Below, one piece after another: positions 11,101 through 18,738 of a stretch of 33,981 nucleotides of DNA. The notes beneath the pieces are model-generated. The model worked only from the letters and a program-made list of their open reading frames with translations, had not been told where the DNA came from and did no database searches. Every line of letters begins with the position of its first letter. Position 1 is the first letter of the stretch. The stretch comes from an uncultured virus (IMG/VR IMGVR_UViG_3300030116_004105). Its lineage: Duplodnaviria; Heunggongvirae; Uroviricota; Caudoviricetes. The position numbers were made by a program, and so were the translations under genes. The stretch lies in the IMG/VR virus record IMGVR_UViG_3300030116_004105, positions 62,001 through 95,981 of that record; one strand, 5' to 3'.

Positions 11101-14100
11101 TAAAGCGCCTCCAAAGTCTACAGTAAGTTTTAATAATCCATAAGCAGCTCTTTCACGATTAGGGCCGTCGTATGGATTAGTTACATGTATAAACCCACCT
11201 CTTTTTTCTGCCTCTAGAAGAGTATTGTATGCTTCTTCGTTTTCTTTTGTTTCCTCTATGCTTTGTTTATCTGTAGATATTTTTAACAGCTGTTGTTCTG
11301 CTAGTCCTCCATTTCTTAATCTAAATGAATTGAATAAGAAAGACATCATACCTTGTCCTACTCCCCCGCTTGTAAGTTCAGGGTTAACATGTGTCTCCCA
11401 TTTAGATTTTCTACCTAAGTAAGCAGATCTATCTTTAGCGTTTGCTTTTTTACTAGCTAAAAATCTAAGTCCTTCTACAGGTACATCCATACCCATATCC
11501 CCTAAGTATTTTTTAACTACATCTACAAACTCATTGCTTCTTAGCTGGTTAGCTTGTTGGTATTTTTTATACTCTTTTAAATAATTGTTATATAACTTCT
11601 CTCTTTCTTTTTGATTTATTATTGTTTCTGGTATACCATCTAGAGTTATAGTTTTTACTAGCTTTGAGCTTTGTAGATTTCTAAACCACTTATTCTTTAT
11701 ATTAATAGTGGTGTTATATCTATCTACTAGTTGCATTTCTACATTACGTCCTAACTGTTGAGGATTTACTTTTAAATGTACAAAGTCAAGTCTTGTACCT
11801 GACATTGCCACTACAAACTGTCGACGTAATGTTTCTGATCCTCTGTCTAGCTCTTCTGCTATTTTTCCAAATATAGGATTACTAGACTCCTCTTCTCTTG
11901 CTAATAATGCAGCTCTCTGATCTTTAAATGTACCAGGCACAGCACTTAGTGTAGCTTTTATTGTATCATAACTTTCTTGATACGGTATTGCTTTTCTAAA
12001 GTTTTTACCTAACCACGTTGTTTCGTTTTTAGTTGCTCTAGATAGTAATAGTTTTATACTAGAAGATGCTGTCCTTTTCTTATTTGTTTTATAGAACTCA
12101 AAATCATAAATATCTTTTACAAAGTCTTCCTGGGTAAAACCATCAACTTCTAAAGACTCTGCAAATATTTGATCTATTTCTGCATCGGTAAGATCCTTTG
12201 ATCTAAACCCTTGTTTTTGTGGTAGTATATCTAACTTTGCTAATGATTCTAACATTATACCTTCCACGGTAACCTTACCAGACTTAGCGTCGTAGTTATC
12301 TACTAAATGTTTTAGAGCTTTCTTTCTTCTAGTATTTATTTTTATACCATCTGCTTCTTTATTTAGCTCATTTTTTATAAACTGAGATATTTGTTTAAAG
12401 TTAGCTTTGGTAATATTTTGTGAGTATTGTGCAAATATAGAACCTATGGCTTCTAACTGCATCGGTAGACTAATTATCTTAGTATCAAAGAATCTTTCTC
12501 CTAACTCTTCACGCATAGCCCGCGCAATGGCATCATCTTTATAACCATCTAGTTGGTTTTCATTAGCCTGAGTTGATTCGTATATAGGTGATGCAAAAGA
12601 TAATCCTTCTGCAGCCTGGTTTGCATTCTCACTTTCGTTTACTACTGCTCCCTGTTCTGCAAATGATGTATCTACAATTACTAATGGCTGAGTCATGTAT
12701 GTATACTCTGTCTCGCCTGCACTATTAATTAATGTATTCTTACCGTTTATATCAGTTTTTAAGAACTGTCCTTTAAATGCATTGTATGATGAGTGTGTAC
12801 TTACATCTTCTACAACACCTTCTAAGTTCAGAATCACATCCTTAAACTCTTCTTTTTTATTTATGTTTTGTTTTTGTACACTAACAAGTTTTCCTTGTAG
12901 TAATTGAGCTGCTTCTTTTGCAGCGCCTTCTTCTCTAATATCTTTTATCTCTCGTATGTCATTATCTGTTACGAAAGAAGGATTGTTTTTAAAGAACAAA
13001 GGATCGTTTGTGTACATTACTCTTTGGTCTACATTTATTATCTGTAGCATTCCTTGTACCTGGCCATCTTCTGAAGCAGCCAGTTCCGGTGTATGTACTA
13101 ATACAGCGCCTTGCTCAAAGTTATCTTCAACTTCTTTATTCCAGCTGTAGAATGTCTTTCTAGCAAATGTGTATCTATTTACAAACTTATGTAGTCCTGC
13201 TGAATCTCCTTGTCTACCAAACTGTATTCCTGTTTGTTCTGTTATAGTATCAAACGTTTCTGTCTGGTTGTTCTGGAATGATGTTGCAGCACCTATTATA
13301 GTGTTTGCTTGATCTGCAGTTACATTATCCACAAATAATATTGTAGGGAATATCTTACCATTTGGTGTTGGTAAGTTAGCAACTACTCTACCATTAGTGT
13401 AGTTAGCATCTTTAAGATCTATTACAGTCTCTTCTTTTAGGGCAAACTCTCCTATGAATATTTCACCACCATCTACAATACCTAGTTTTATATTATCTAC
13501 ATCCGGTAATGCTTGGTCTATAGGTTTATTTATTTTTTGTAGTTTATTACCCACTAGTAATAAGTTACCTGCACTGTCTTCTTGATATAAAGGTAAAACC
13601 TTACCATGGCCCTTGAATACTACAGTTGTTTTAACTTCATTATTTTGGTCAATGCTTCTAGCTAATGCTCTACGTATGTTTCTAGCATTCTGTAGCTCTT
13701 CTTCTAGTCTACCAGGGGCCGTGTTTATCAGTCTTCCATTACTATCTCTAGCTTCTATCCAATCTGTAGTGTGTAGTGATGCTGATTTTATACCGTCTTG
13801 GTATACAGCTACAGCTAGATTATCTACGTCTTCATTAGGCATAGATATTAACTCTTCTTTTGTTAGAGCTACATTATCACTATTAACTAGTCTTAGTACA
13901 ACTTCACTATTAGGCATCATTGCTTTACTAGATTCTATAAGTTTAGATTCTTCAGTCTTAGTGTTAGATGTACTTACTTTTTCTTTTACACCCTCTATTT
14001 CTATTTCTCTGTATTGCACAGATAAGAATGCAAGAGAAGAGGATGAGTTTGTTTGTCTTCCTGTTAGTGTTTGATCATCAATCTCAAAGTATGGATTAAA

Positions 14101-16890
14101 TGATTTAGGAGCTACTCTACTATTTTCTAAGTTTGTATCTCCAGTAGATTCTATGTCTTCTCCACCATTGTTTACTTCTCCATCAAATACTGGAGATGAA
14201 AAGCTTGTAGATGTAACATTAACCTTATTTGGGCTGACAGATTGTTTTTCACGTAGAAGGGTAGAACGTTGTTTGTCATCTACTAAAGATCTTATTTCTC
14301 CTTTAGGGTCTACATATAACTCTTCCTCTTTTAGAAATTTTCGAGCTGCGAGTTCAATTTTCTCTGCTGTATTTTCAGTTGTTAAATTATAAATTGCTTT
14401 TATTATATCATTGAAAAACATTTTTTTAGCAGGATATGGACCTAAATCTCCTATTAGAGCTGATGTAGAACCCAAAAACTCTTTTTCTACGGTAGCTAAT
14501 GTGCCAATTTGTTTAGCAATAAACTCAAAGTTACCTGGTTTAGCGGCGCCCATAGCATCACGATTAATTAACTTAGGTAATTTACCTTTTAGGTAATCCT
14601 CTATTTCAGTTGTAGGCATTATCTGATTTGTACTGGCAGATTCTTTTTTACCTATAGGTGATGTAGCAGTAAGTGGTGCTCCACCGGCCGCTTGTTGTGC
14701 TGTAGTTGCCTGTGTAGTTTGTGCAGGCTGACTATTTCTAGCTTTCTTTTTTGCAGCTTGTGTTTGTTGTTTTTTCTGAGCTTGTTGTTTAGCTTTCTTA
14801 GACGCTGCTCTCTTTGCTTGTTCTGCTTTCTCTTGAGCAATTGTTTGTTCAGCTTCTTGTTTCAATAACTCAGGATTACTTACTAGCTCTTGGTATCTAA
14901 GTGCATTGTTTTTACGACGTATTCTACCAGCTTCTAATAGACTTTCAGTTAGTTCTATCTTTGCATCTATATCACCGGCGCTTTCTAGCTTAGATACTCT
15001 ATCAAGAGTTTCATCTACAGTAATCTCATTAGCTGAAGCATAGTCTTTTACTTTTAACTCTAGAGTTTCTTCTCTTTGTTTTAGTCTTGTTTTTGCATCC
15101 TCTAAGTTTTTTACTTCTCCTGCTAACGTTTCATTAGTTTCTCTTGTTAGAGGTTTAGCTTGACTTCTAAGTTCTTGTATACTATTCTCAAAACCTTGCA
15201 CAGTTCTTTGTAAAGCAGCTCTCTTGAATATATTATTACGTATCTCATGCAGATCTTTATCTTCTACATTGTTTTCAATATCTTCAAACAGCTTTTGTTT
15301 CTGTGCTTCTAGATCTGTAAGATTAGATTTATATTTTTCTATATCTTTTAGAGCATAGTATTCATTTAACTTATTATTTACTAGTACAAATGCTTCCGCT
15401 TGACTACCTCTAAGCGGGTTAAGAAGTTCGTTATTTATAACGTCTTCTATATACTTTGCATCTGCTATGTATTCATCAGCTAGTTCTTTATAGTTAGATT
15501 CAAAACCTAGATTCTTTGCTTCTTCTTCTGTAGCATTTCTATAGGTTTCTAATACGTCCATAAAGTTTTGGGATGTACCTTTTAGAGCATTCATTACTGC
15601 GTGCTCTCTAACTTGTTTTTTAGTTAGATCTTTTATTCTTTCTCCTGAAGCCCCTAAAGCTAACTCTGATTGCTTAACTTGTTCTAATGCATCTATATTA
15701 TCTTTTTTACCAAATATAGACACACCTGTACCTACTACACCACCACCTAAAGCTCCTAAAAGCCCTTCAGTTATACCTTGGTAACTTGTTGCATGCTCTA
15801 CAAACTTTTCAAATCCTGGTCTATTATCAGGTACAACTTTACCAAGCTCTAGATCTGTTTTGTATTGAGCTTCTGTCTCTTGATACCCGGTGGTTACTTC
15901 TTCTAACCCTTCTGTAGTGGCTTCTATACCCAGCCTTTTTAGGCCGTCAAACATTCCTTGATTCTTTGTAGCCTCTTTTAACTTACCTAGTCTTCTAGTA
16001 TGAGATACCCCTCTAAATAAATTAGCTTGTGATATAGATTGCCATAGTATATTTACTCTACCGCCTTGTATAATCTCAGCTGCTTGTTTAGATAGTGTTC
16101 TTCTAGCTTCTTCTGCTGCCTGTCCAGGCTCTAATCCATTTGCAATGTATTTATTAGTAAGATCTTCTAGGTTTTCTTCTATATGTCTAGCTGCAGATAC
16201 TGCATGCTCTCCATAGTTTAGTAGTGTTGCTGATCCTAAAGCGCTACCTGCATTCAAAGCAGATGCAGCGGCTGAACCAGATATAGATTTACCTGTTAAG
16301 TTTGCAGCTGTACCAAAGATAGCTTTACCTGCAATATTAGCGCCTTTAAATAAAGCACCTGCAGGTAAGAAATATCCAATAGATCTTAGAACTTGATCTG
16401 TATTTTGAAACCACCAATCTGAAGAACCTATAGTTGGTTCTTGTCCGGCTGTATATATAGGAAAGTCTTCTCTTACAGATTCTTCTAATCCTCGTAACCC
16501 TTTTGTAAGAAAGTTATCATAGTCTCTGTCTGCACCTTGTAGTGCTGCTATGTGGTTTTCTACATCTAATAAATATGCAAAAGGTTCTACAGCAGCTACA
16601 GCTGCTCCTACAGTGCCTCTAACTAAAACATTACCTATCTTATTTAATGTCCCTTGAGCTTCGGACATCTCTTTCATTATGTTCATGCCTGGAATATATC
16701 TTACTCCTAGGCTTTGCTGCTCTTCTACTTCCTCTGAAGATAACAGACCTACATACCCTTCGGGTAAACTAGGTTGATCTAATTTTATTTCTGGTAGATT
16801 TAAGTTTAATGGTGGTAATTCAAATAGACTATCGTATTGAGATGCAGCTACTGACTTTCGCTTTTTATCTCCGTTAGTGTGTTGAGACAT
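2194..16890 (-). CDS. Giant virion protein (4898 aa): two-barrel RNA polymerase with zincin domain and ejection/cargo-like regions
   Basis: YRIPGQG (~8765-8785) followed by GSDFDWD (DxDxD at 8650-8664, res 2743-2747; phi14:2 gp66 has DFDID). Upstream TDAQEY (10048-10065) and KP..K-S motifs. HEMLH at 6061-6075 with downstream QEF. Gly/Ala-rich hydrophobic N-terminal segments and coiled coils. Confidence 0.88.
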   Translation of the reverse strand: MSQHTNGDKKRKSVAASQYDSLFELPPLNLNLPEIKLDQPSLPEGYVGLLSSEEVEEQQSLGVRYIPGMNIMKEMSEAQGTLNKIGNVLVRGTVGAAVAAVEPFAYLLDVENHIAALQGADRDYDNFLTKGLRGLEESVREDFPIYTAGQEPTIGSSDWWFQNTDQVLRSIGYFLPAGALFKGANIAGKAIFGTAANLTGKSISGSAAASALNAGSALGSATLLNYGEHAVSAARHIEENLEDLTNKYIANGLEPGQAAEEARRTLSKQAAEIIQGGRVNILWQSISQANLFRGVSHTRRLGKLKEATKNQGMFDGLKRLGIEATTEGLEEVTTGYQETEAQYKTDLELGKVVPDNRPGFEKFVEHATSYQGITEGLLGALGGGVVGTGVSIFGKKDNIDALEQVKQSELALGASGERIKDLTKKQVREHAVMNALKGTSQNFMDVLETYRNATEEEAKNLGFESNYKELADEYIADAKYIEDVINNELLNPLRGSQAEAFVLVNNKLNEYYALKDIEKYKSNLTDLEAQKQKLFEDIENNVEDKDLHEIRNNIFKRAALQRTVQGFENSIQELRSQAKPLTRETNETLAGEVKNLEDAKTRLKQREETLELKVKDYASANEITVDETLDRVSKLESAGDIDAKIELTESLLEAGRIRRKNNALRYQELVSNPELLKQEAEQTIAQEKAEQAKRAASKKAKQQAQKKQQTQAAKKKARNSQPAQTTQATTAQQAAGGAPLTATSPIGKKESASTNQIMPTTEIEDYLKGKLPKLINRDAMGAAKPGNFEFIAKQIGTLATVEKEFLGSTSALIGDLGPYPAKKMFFNDIIKAIYNLTTENTAEKIELAARKFLKEEELYVDPKGEIRSLVDDKQRSTLLREKQSVSPNKVNVTSTSFSSPVFDGEVNNGGEDIESTGDTNLENSRVAPKSFNPYFEIDDQTLTGRQTNSSSSLAFLSVQYREIEIEGVKEKVSTSNTKTEESKLIESSKAMMPNSEVVLRLVNSDNVALTKEELISMPNEDVDNLAVAVYQDGIKSASLHTTDWIEARDSNGRLINTAPGRLEEELQNARNIRRALARSIDQNNEVKTTVVFKGHGKVLPLYQEDSAGNLLLVGNKLQKINKPIDQALPDVDNIKLGIVDGGEIFIGEFALKEETVIDLKDANYTNGRVVANLPTPNGKIFPTILFVDNVTADQANTIIGAATSFQNNQTETFDTITEQTGIQFGRQGDSAGLHKFVNRYTFARKTFYSWNKEVEDNFEQGAVLVHTPELAASEDGQVQGMLQIINVDQRVMYTNDPLFFKNNPSFVTDNDIREIKDIREEGAAKEAAQLLQGKLVSVQKQNINKKEEFKDVILNLEGVVEDVSTHSSYNAFKGQFLKTDINGKNTLINSAGETEYTYMTQPLVIVDTSFAEQGAVVNESENANQAAEGLSFASPIYESTQANENQLDGYKDDAIARAMREELGERFFDTKIISLPMQLEAIGSIFAQYSQNITKANFKQISQFIKNELNKEADGIKINTRRKKALKHLVDNYDAKSGKVTVEGIMLESLAKLDILPQKQGFRSKDLTDAEIDQIFAESLEVDGFTQEDFVKDIYDFEFYKTNKKRTASSSIKLLLSRATKNETTWLGKNFRKAIPYQESYDTIKATLSAVPGTFKDQRAALLAREEESSNPIFGKIAEELDRGSETLRRQFVVAMSGTRLDFVHLKVNPQQLGRNVEMQLVDRYNTTINIKNKWFRNLQSSKLVKTITLDGIPETIINQKEREKLYNNYLKEYKKYQQANQLRSNEFVDVVKKYLGDMGMDVPVEGLRFLASKKANAKDRSAYLGRKSKWETHVNPELTSGGVGQGMMSFLFNSFRLRNGGLAEQQLLKISTDKQSIEETKENEEAYNTLLEAEKRGGFIHVTNPYDGPNRERAAYGLLKLTVDFGGALYGDSFRDAKGNLIYPFQNHFGMSRTLADYIQDKNLLNDLLSLSYNKNSVWGQGLQNDDKYLELLMFDSTIFNANATNRKEQGKFLQEITLFNAFANQGNKDAYFFPITTADKDIAPIIKAPRLTNTVENIRTENGKVTDILDPALEQIYNYAIDEYNRIENYKEIEGVNRGPYEEGAKYFYMFNYLNAYDPNQENVFDAQDPIEFIRATVKQNVINQINSHIDRLQELGIEEKFLDKRYINKKFGKQSAFYKTKADKLAGAIADYNLNYIVSNNEVVKLFGNDPAHAFKRSKKPGATLKDDIKETLNNYEKRKADLISPASTPQYTMPSVTIATANDAVKDGIERTDAQEYGTIAEMVESKLSAGKLPKDISDKILSAYNAAKNDPDNVRNFFKLNEALTKEEINKYKKIMMADKPVFVQNDIRVDQDSNNKLFRKSHIRYLWPEETTGYGLDNIRVAMENTGIDRLGHMTSDKTGAVNPINIYDANGKVRSLPEVTAEMERGRRSISRSGLGIQQEKGTDTGENAYSSQLDVLAFDDMLGKTLSTTGESYSDLRDQKEELHKKFMQLGAKGLFDKLGIKVSPDGSAYVPNPTTLAKMLKEEAIARKWTDKDISELALKDVSGAVERVFKSPLIFNHARKNIDSLVLSLVNKAIIKIKIPGESLVQASSAGFEARGGFGWDQFVSSGELDKIKNGITLIETENAFDESVGLQGVRKGKDGKVLPAQIFISPVFTDSNGKSVDLSSKKYTTITNGIRYLRTDILPQELRERILYRIPGQGKPSVVPVEIVGFLPKTSTSSVIVPDQVIDQMGSDFDWDTAYTYFKQFEVNKDGTVKIKSDLSELQKLQDEYYELFKKIIFDETTRKATSKLDNNDLKQAADVVDGILGKESEINDPSFVTTNIDNTISQRTGKQLIGPASLAAVMHAALQGKNITINVSSRTQEPIPFIFFKGGVENKNLKLTNISSYRGKSYTTNALTDAIRSASDNIRSVQNAAVDNANEAVLGRAGINNATIDVALFTLMYKDQASADSIHGEQLVYFLRQEAIEEYTKQVDYYSAQIEGGFRTEEQIRNDAFNASMIILAQKAGLDPEADYTANLDQYRSTTDGEFMTFSSQEFLDQLRTRNKPNPSYYKTQMAILAGFKQLQNSSDPVRKLQRGIVSPRTKGIGSTIFEAQKRIDNMEAVFEKQLSTIGGVENLADGQLEEMYKQFAKVYTSLSEILPFSNRSHQRMINLWQQFTGNENVSQKLREDLFNSLLNKSFVRAFEKTFNEDATAARYRLLSDPDENIAARIEKVQESDFGRRNLFISRLLLNKPNKGVPASITYVNSKQDDIADQMAVDFVSLYESAEVGHRELFEDIVKYTYLTGGVQSSTNFSKFMNTAYLDQIGFYDALREEQKNLNSPTSPESINILELMVEYLQHNPNRAVALSRKELQDISVSPMRTIQFDGKTINYEFELPQPDNSNKFNRIVYQRDDGNLLYIEVIAAERPTGLELFQKIGVNKDGNVVFRRIGKKGYQTAGQGYSKVSEYSGVTKFLKDGRMITEESILPQNNIPKAVKTNVGVPQVSTTKAPTDISVYGLDPISMKYATPGRAGVKELLSAVMQDTQSKSLSRLATMLSKNIDTKGSAIKEILIEDGLVDRDGNSAYGLYRDGAVVINRETITRYPEKLQETILHEMLHGFLSSEVADSSSEFSRKVSYLTNAANSAFKAAVKKGEIEEGTVQYKTLQYAFSNPQEFVTNTMTQKEVQSFLNTVPGKKNLFERFKQLIKDFLKVLGVDLGVAVNKDSLLAESVDSIMSFIVEAPARKQATKTAQKAEQEAGVFPLNPYISEPRHVLASYTRMKNGEYTQEEFDKALQDYRDSQLFSLNYMAANKNKTGRVIDEVLAVYQERADKLKGKLTDKVIKTAAGKKMQERLNVYRDQISTLKSKKTYGNLDSIMSLQLGWANGIANSKNPTEVEIKEALNIVDMYDYTKVTSKYLDKTERKVGDRFNELLKSQSSLASNIKVNLLDKLIDMTVEVINQELPETEAVTAEQLKNIEGETYRKSRFLDLSKFSHPVVRMLDKYLKAANRNADTDIQSRFLEIESAMADIQNSAAFKKDPNLFFQKDDKGKLTGYFISPYSSAYNQARGKILGKYRAKMAKATRDSAKNIATVQLMRDLDSIEFAIDIRWFIDEEASFNSPFKSKQEYMEYLDQQIGDTARRDALIKEALQKYKKYKAAEDQRMMEIELEESNNAGNIEEFRATINSRQLRYKERYSPLYHLNSRYGGGKKLARNEGYKALVNVPLNKPKYYDSRYTAIQKDPQLKKFYDFYTSTMKDLITLLPEGLVATLPENFFPFAKRGFVEQIQNEGTSAIFSAMKGSKIADYLWNLDQDVTLNPQVATKGVRNPDTGEIEKNIPVRMLRGKADEKSYDIEKVMKMFAAMSVSYDYKSQVEDKILLLQRVIREAKEIQLDSTGSPMMRKISRALKLDSKVGGLKNTQEAVQYAIDSNLYGVSKDTVERGIVLSQKVAEVKQEFEQLQADYKTNKIDDSVYAEEKAKLDERLKELNKKPISYRKPLERLVEYTQLKGLGWNLMSGVNNLSFGTIANFVHAAGNEDYSTEQLTKAYALMFKEYVPGTANKAEKLAEKYGILFEQLDTYYGKTKKTRYKYMSKLNPFFLQTSTEYMNQIAPMVAKMLNTKIDDKGNTLWDIYDNEGSIKEEFKSLESDWTMKVDAETQNKFTEFRDATIEMNKVNHGNYDPNSALLIKKSVWGRIGTQFRTWAFEGLNTRWGGKVYNAQLGRYTEGRYMSFGKVGLKGSLEMFGKSILNTLTLGYGVSEESMRGDIKDDLTFANMRKNMAGLKFYLAVMAAGNLLRALGADEDDKETEKVYRLLQNTFYRLEQDGEFYARPSTAMEVLRNPAPVLKTVKDFSNAATATYDYIDDKEGYEESRRDPLNKKWMKVVPFGNSIRSIDYLMETQIEKD

Positions 16891-16896
16891 ATTTAT

Positions 16897-18729
16897 TTAT
16901 TGTTTAAGTTTTTCGTCTAGATTTCTTATTAACTCTGTTAAAGTTTTTACATTTGTGAGCTGTTCATCTGTAAGTGGGGCCACTAGGTTTCCATTTGTTT
17001 TGTTTACTATAACAATAGAGTGAGTTCCATCTTCATTCATTCTTGCTCCTAGAACATTATTTGATAACACATCTGCTAAATTAGGATCTTTTTCTGCTAA
17101 TTGTTTTGTGTAGTTTTCAAATGTTTTTCCAGAAACTGTCTGCCCTTTAAACATTAATCTAGAAGCTTCTATCATTGCTGGAGTTCCATGTATTGCATTT
17201 AATCCTGAATTAACTCCTAACACAGAAGTTGTAGGAAGTGTGCCTTCAAAAATTTTAGTGTCTTTACCATCTTTAAAAGAACCCATAACTTTTGTAAAAG
17301 TTTGTCCTGTTGCAGTATCATAGTAAGGTCTAGTAGATATAGCATCTATATTCATGTCCTGCACATTATCAAATGTTTTATTACTAGCATCTTCCCATTT
17401 ATTACCACTCTTTACTTGATCTATATTTAGTAAACTTTGATAATTTTCAGTAGCATTTAAAGCGTTTATAGCAGCCTTTTGTTTTGGGGTTGTAGTTTTG
17501 TCTGCAAACAGTGCGTACTGAGGAATTATTGTTGCATTTTTAAAATATTCCTCAGCAGCTTTTTCAAACTTGTAATGAGGAGTTTCTTTTGTTAGTTCTC
17601 GTCGTAATCCTGTAATAGGTTTAAATCCTTCTCCTGCTGTAAGCATAGAAATATTCTCTGGTACTTTACTATTTACTAAAGTTTCTACAGAATTTTTTTC
17701 TATAGTTTCTAAATCTTTTTTAGATAGTCCTGCATTTCTTGTAATATTATCTATCATACTAGCTTTACTAACTCTCTCAGCAAGATCCATATTTACTTTG
17801 CTATTTTCAAAGTTTTGAATTATATTTTGAGCTTTGCCTGTACCCAATATATTTTCAGTGTCTACATTAAATATAGATCCTGTAAATGTAAATTGATTAT
17901 CAGCTGAAGCTCCTGCAAGAGGGTCTGCAGTTGTTTTACCTAGAGATACATCACCTCTTCGTTCAAGTTGAGCAGCTATATTATTTATTTTACCATCTAT
18001 ATACTCTTGCCCAGTTACACCTAGTGCAGCTGCTTTATCTCTTATGTATCCAGTTAAGCTTTCACTTTCATTTATATGATTGTATAGAGTACTTCTTATA
18101 TCATCTGCAGACACACCTGTCTTAGTAGTTTGTATTGTTTGAGTTCCTTGATCATCTATTCTATCTACAAATGTCTCAGACTTTAACTTACCTGCTACTG
18201 TATATAACTCATCCATGAGTTTCTTTTCATCTAATCTAGAGTAGTCAAGCATAGGAATGTAATCAGTACCTAACTCTGTTTGCCCATATTGTGCATCAGA
18301 CATATTTAAATAATAAGGACGTAAGTCTGGATCTGTTACTTTCTGTTGTAGTGTATTTATATAGTCTTCTCTAACCTTATAGTTATTAGTTTCTGTTAAA
18401 AGAGTTCTATCATTTTGTATATTAAATGCTTCTTCATTTAATATCCCTGATAACCCAGATAAGTTACTTCCGTTTTGTGTTATATAATCTCCAACTCTTT
18501 GATTAAAAGCATCAAACTTTTGATCGTAAACATTACGTGCTTTAGGTAAAAGATTTTGTCTATATAATCTATTTACATTGTCTTGTAATTGTGTATTTCT
18601 TTGTTGCGCACGATCAGCTAACTGTCCTGCTAATAACATTTCTCTAAATGGTATAGGAGTATATTGGTAGTCTATTGTTGGTACTCTACCTAAAAATCCT
18701 CTTATACCTTTTCCAAAATCTATTGCCAT
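16897..18729 (-). CDS. Putative internal virion (cargo/ejection) protein
   Basis: 610 aa, between the muzzle-adjacent cargo gene and the RNAP gene. N-terminal YTPIPF followed by a helical Q/N-rich region, as I recall for crAss-like cargo proteins. Confidence 0.6.
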   Translation of the reverse strand: MAIDFGKGIRGFLGRVPTIDYQYTPIPFREMLLAGQLADRAQQRNTQLQDNVNRLYRQNLLPKARNVYDQKFDAFNQRVGDYITQNGSNLSGLSGILNEEAFNIQNDRTLLTETNNYKVREDYINTLQQKVTDPDLRPYYLNMSDAQYGQTELGTDYIPMLDYSRLDEKKLMDELYTVAGKLKSETFVDRIDDQGTQTIQTTKTGVSADDIRSTLYNHINESESLTGYIRDKAAALGVTGQEYIDGKINNIAAQLERRGDVSLGKTTADPLAGASADNQFTFTGSIFNVDTENILGTGKAQNIIQNFENSKVNMDLAERVSKASMIDNITRNAGLSKKDLETIEKNSVETLVNSKVPENISMLTAGEGFKPITGLRRELTKETPHYKFEKAAEEYFKNATIIPQYALFADKTTTPKQKAAINALNATENYQSLLNIDQVKSGNKWEDASNKTFDNVQDMNIDAISTRPYYDTATGQTFTKVMGSFKDGKDTKIFEGTLPTTSVLGVNSGLNAIHGTPAMIEASRLMFKGQTVSGKTFENYTKQLAEKDPNLADVLSNNVLGARMNEDGTHSIVIVNKTNGNLVAPLTDEQLTNVKTLTELIRNLDEKLKQ

Positions 18730-18738
18730 AATTTTATT

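Noticed and set aside
4526..14596. Many + strand ORFs of 60-153 aa opposite the giant gene
   Set aside because: Antisense shadows rich in S/L/F/I with no motifs, fully inside a well-supported gene.
14652..14840. Basic 62-aa alternative-frame ORF in the giant gene
   Set aside because: By-product of the low-complexity Q/A/K linker; no independent support.
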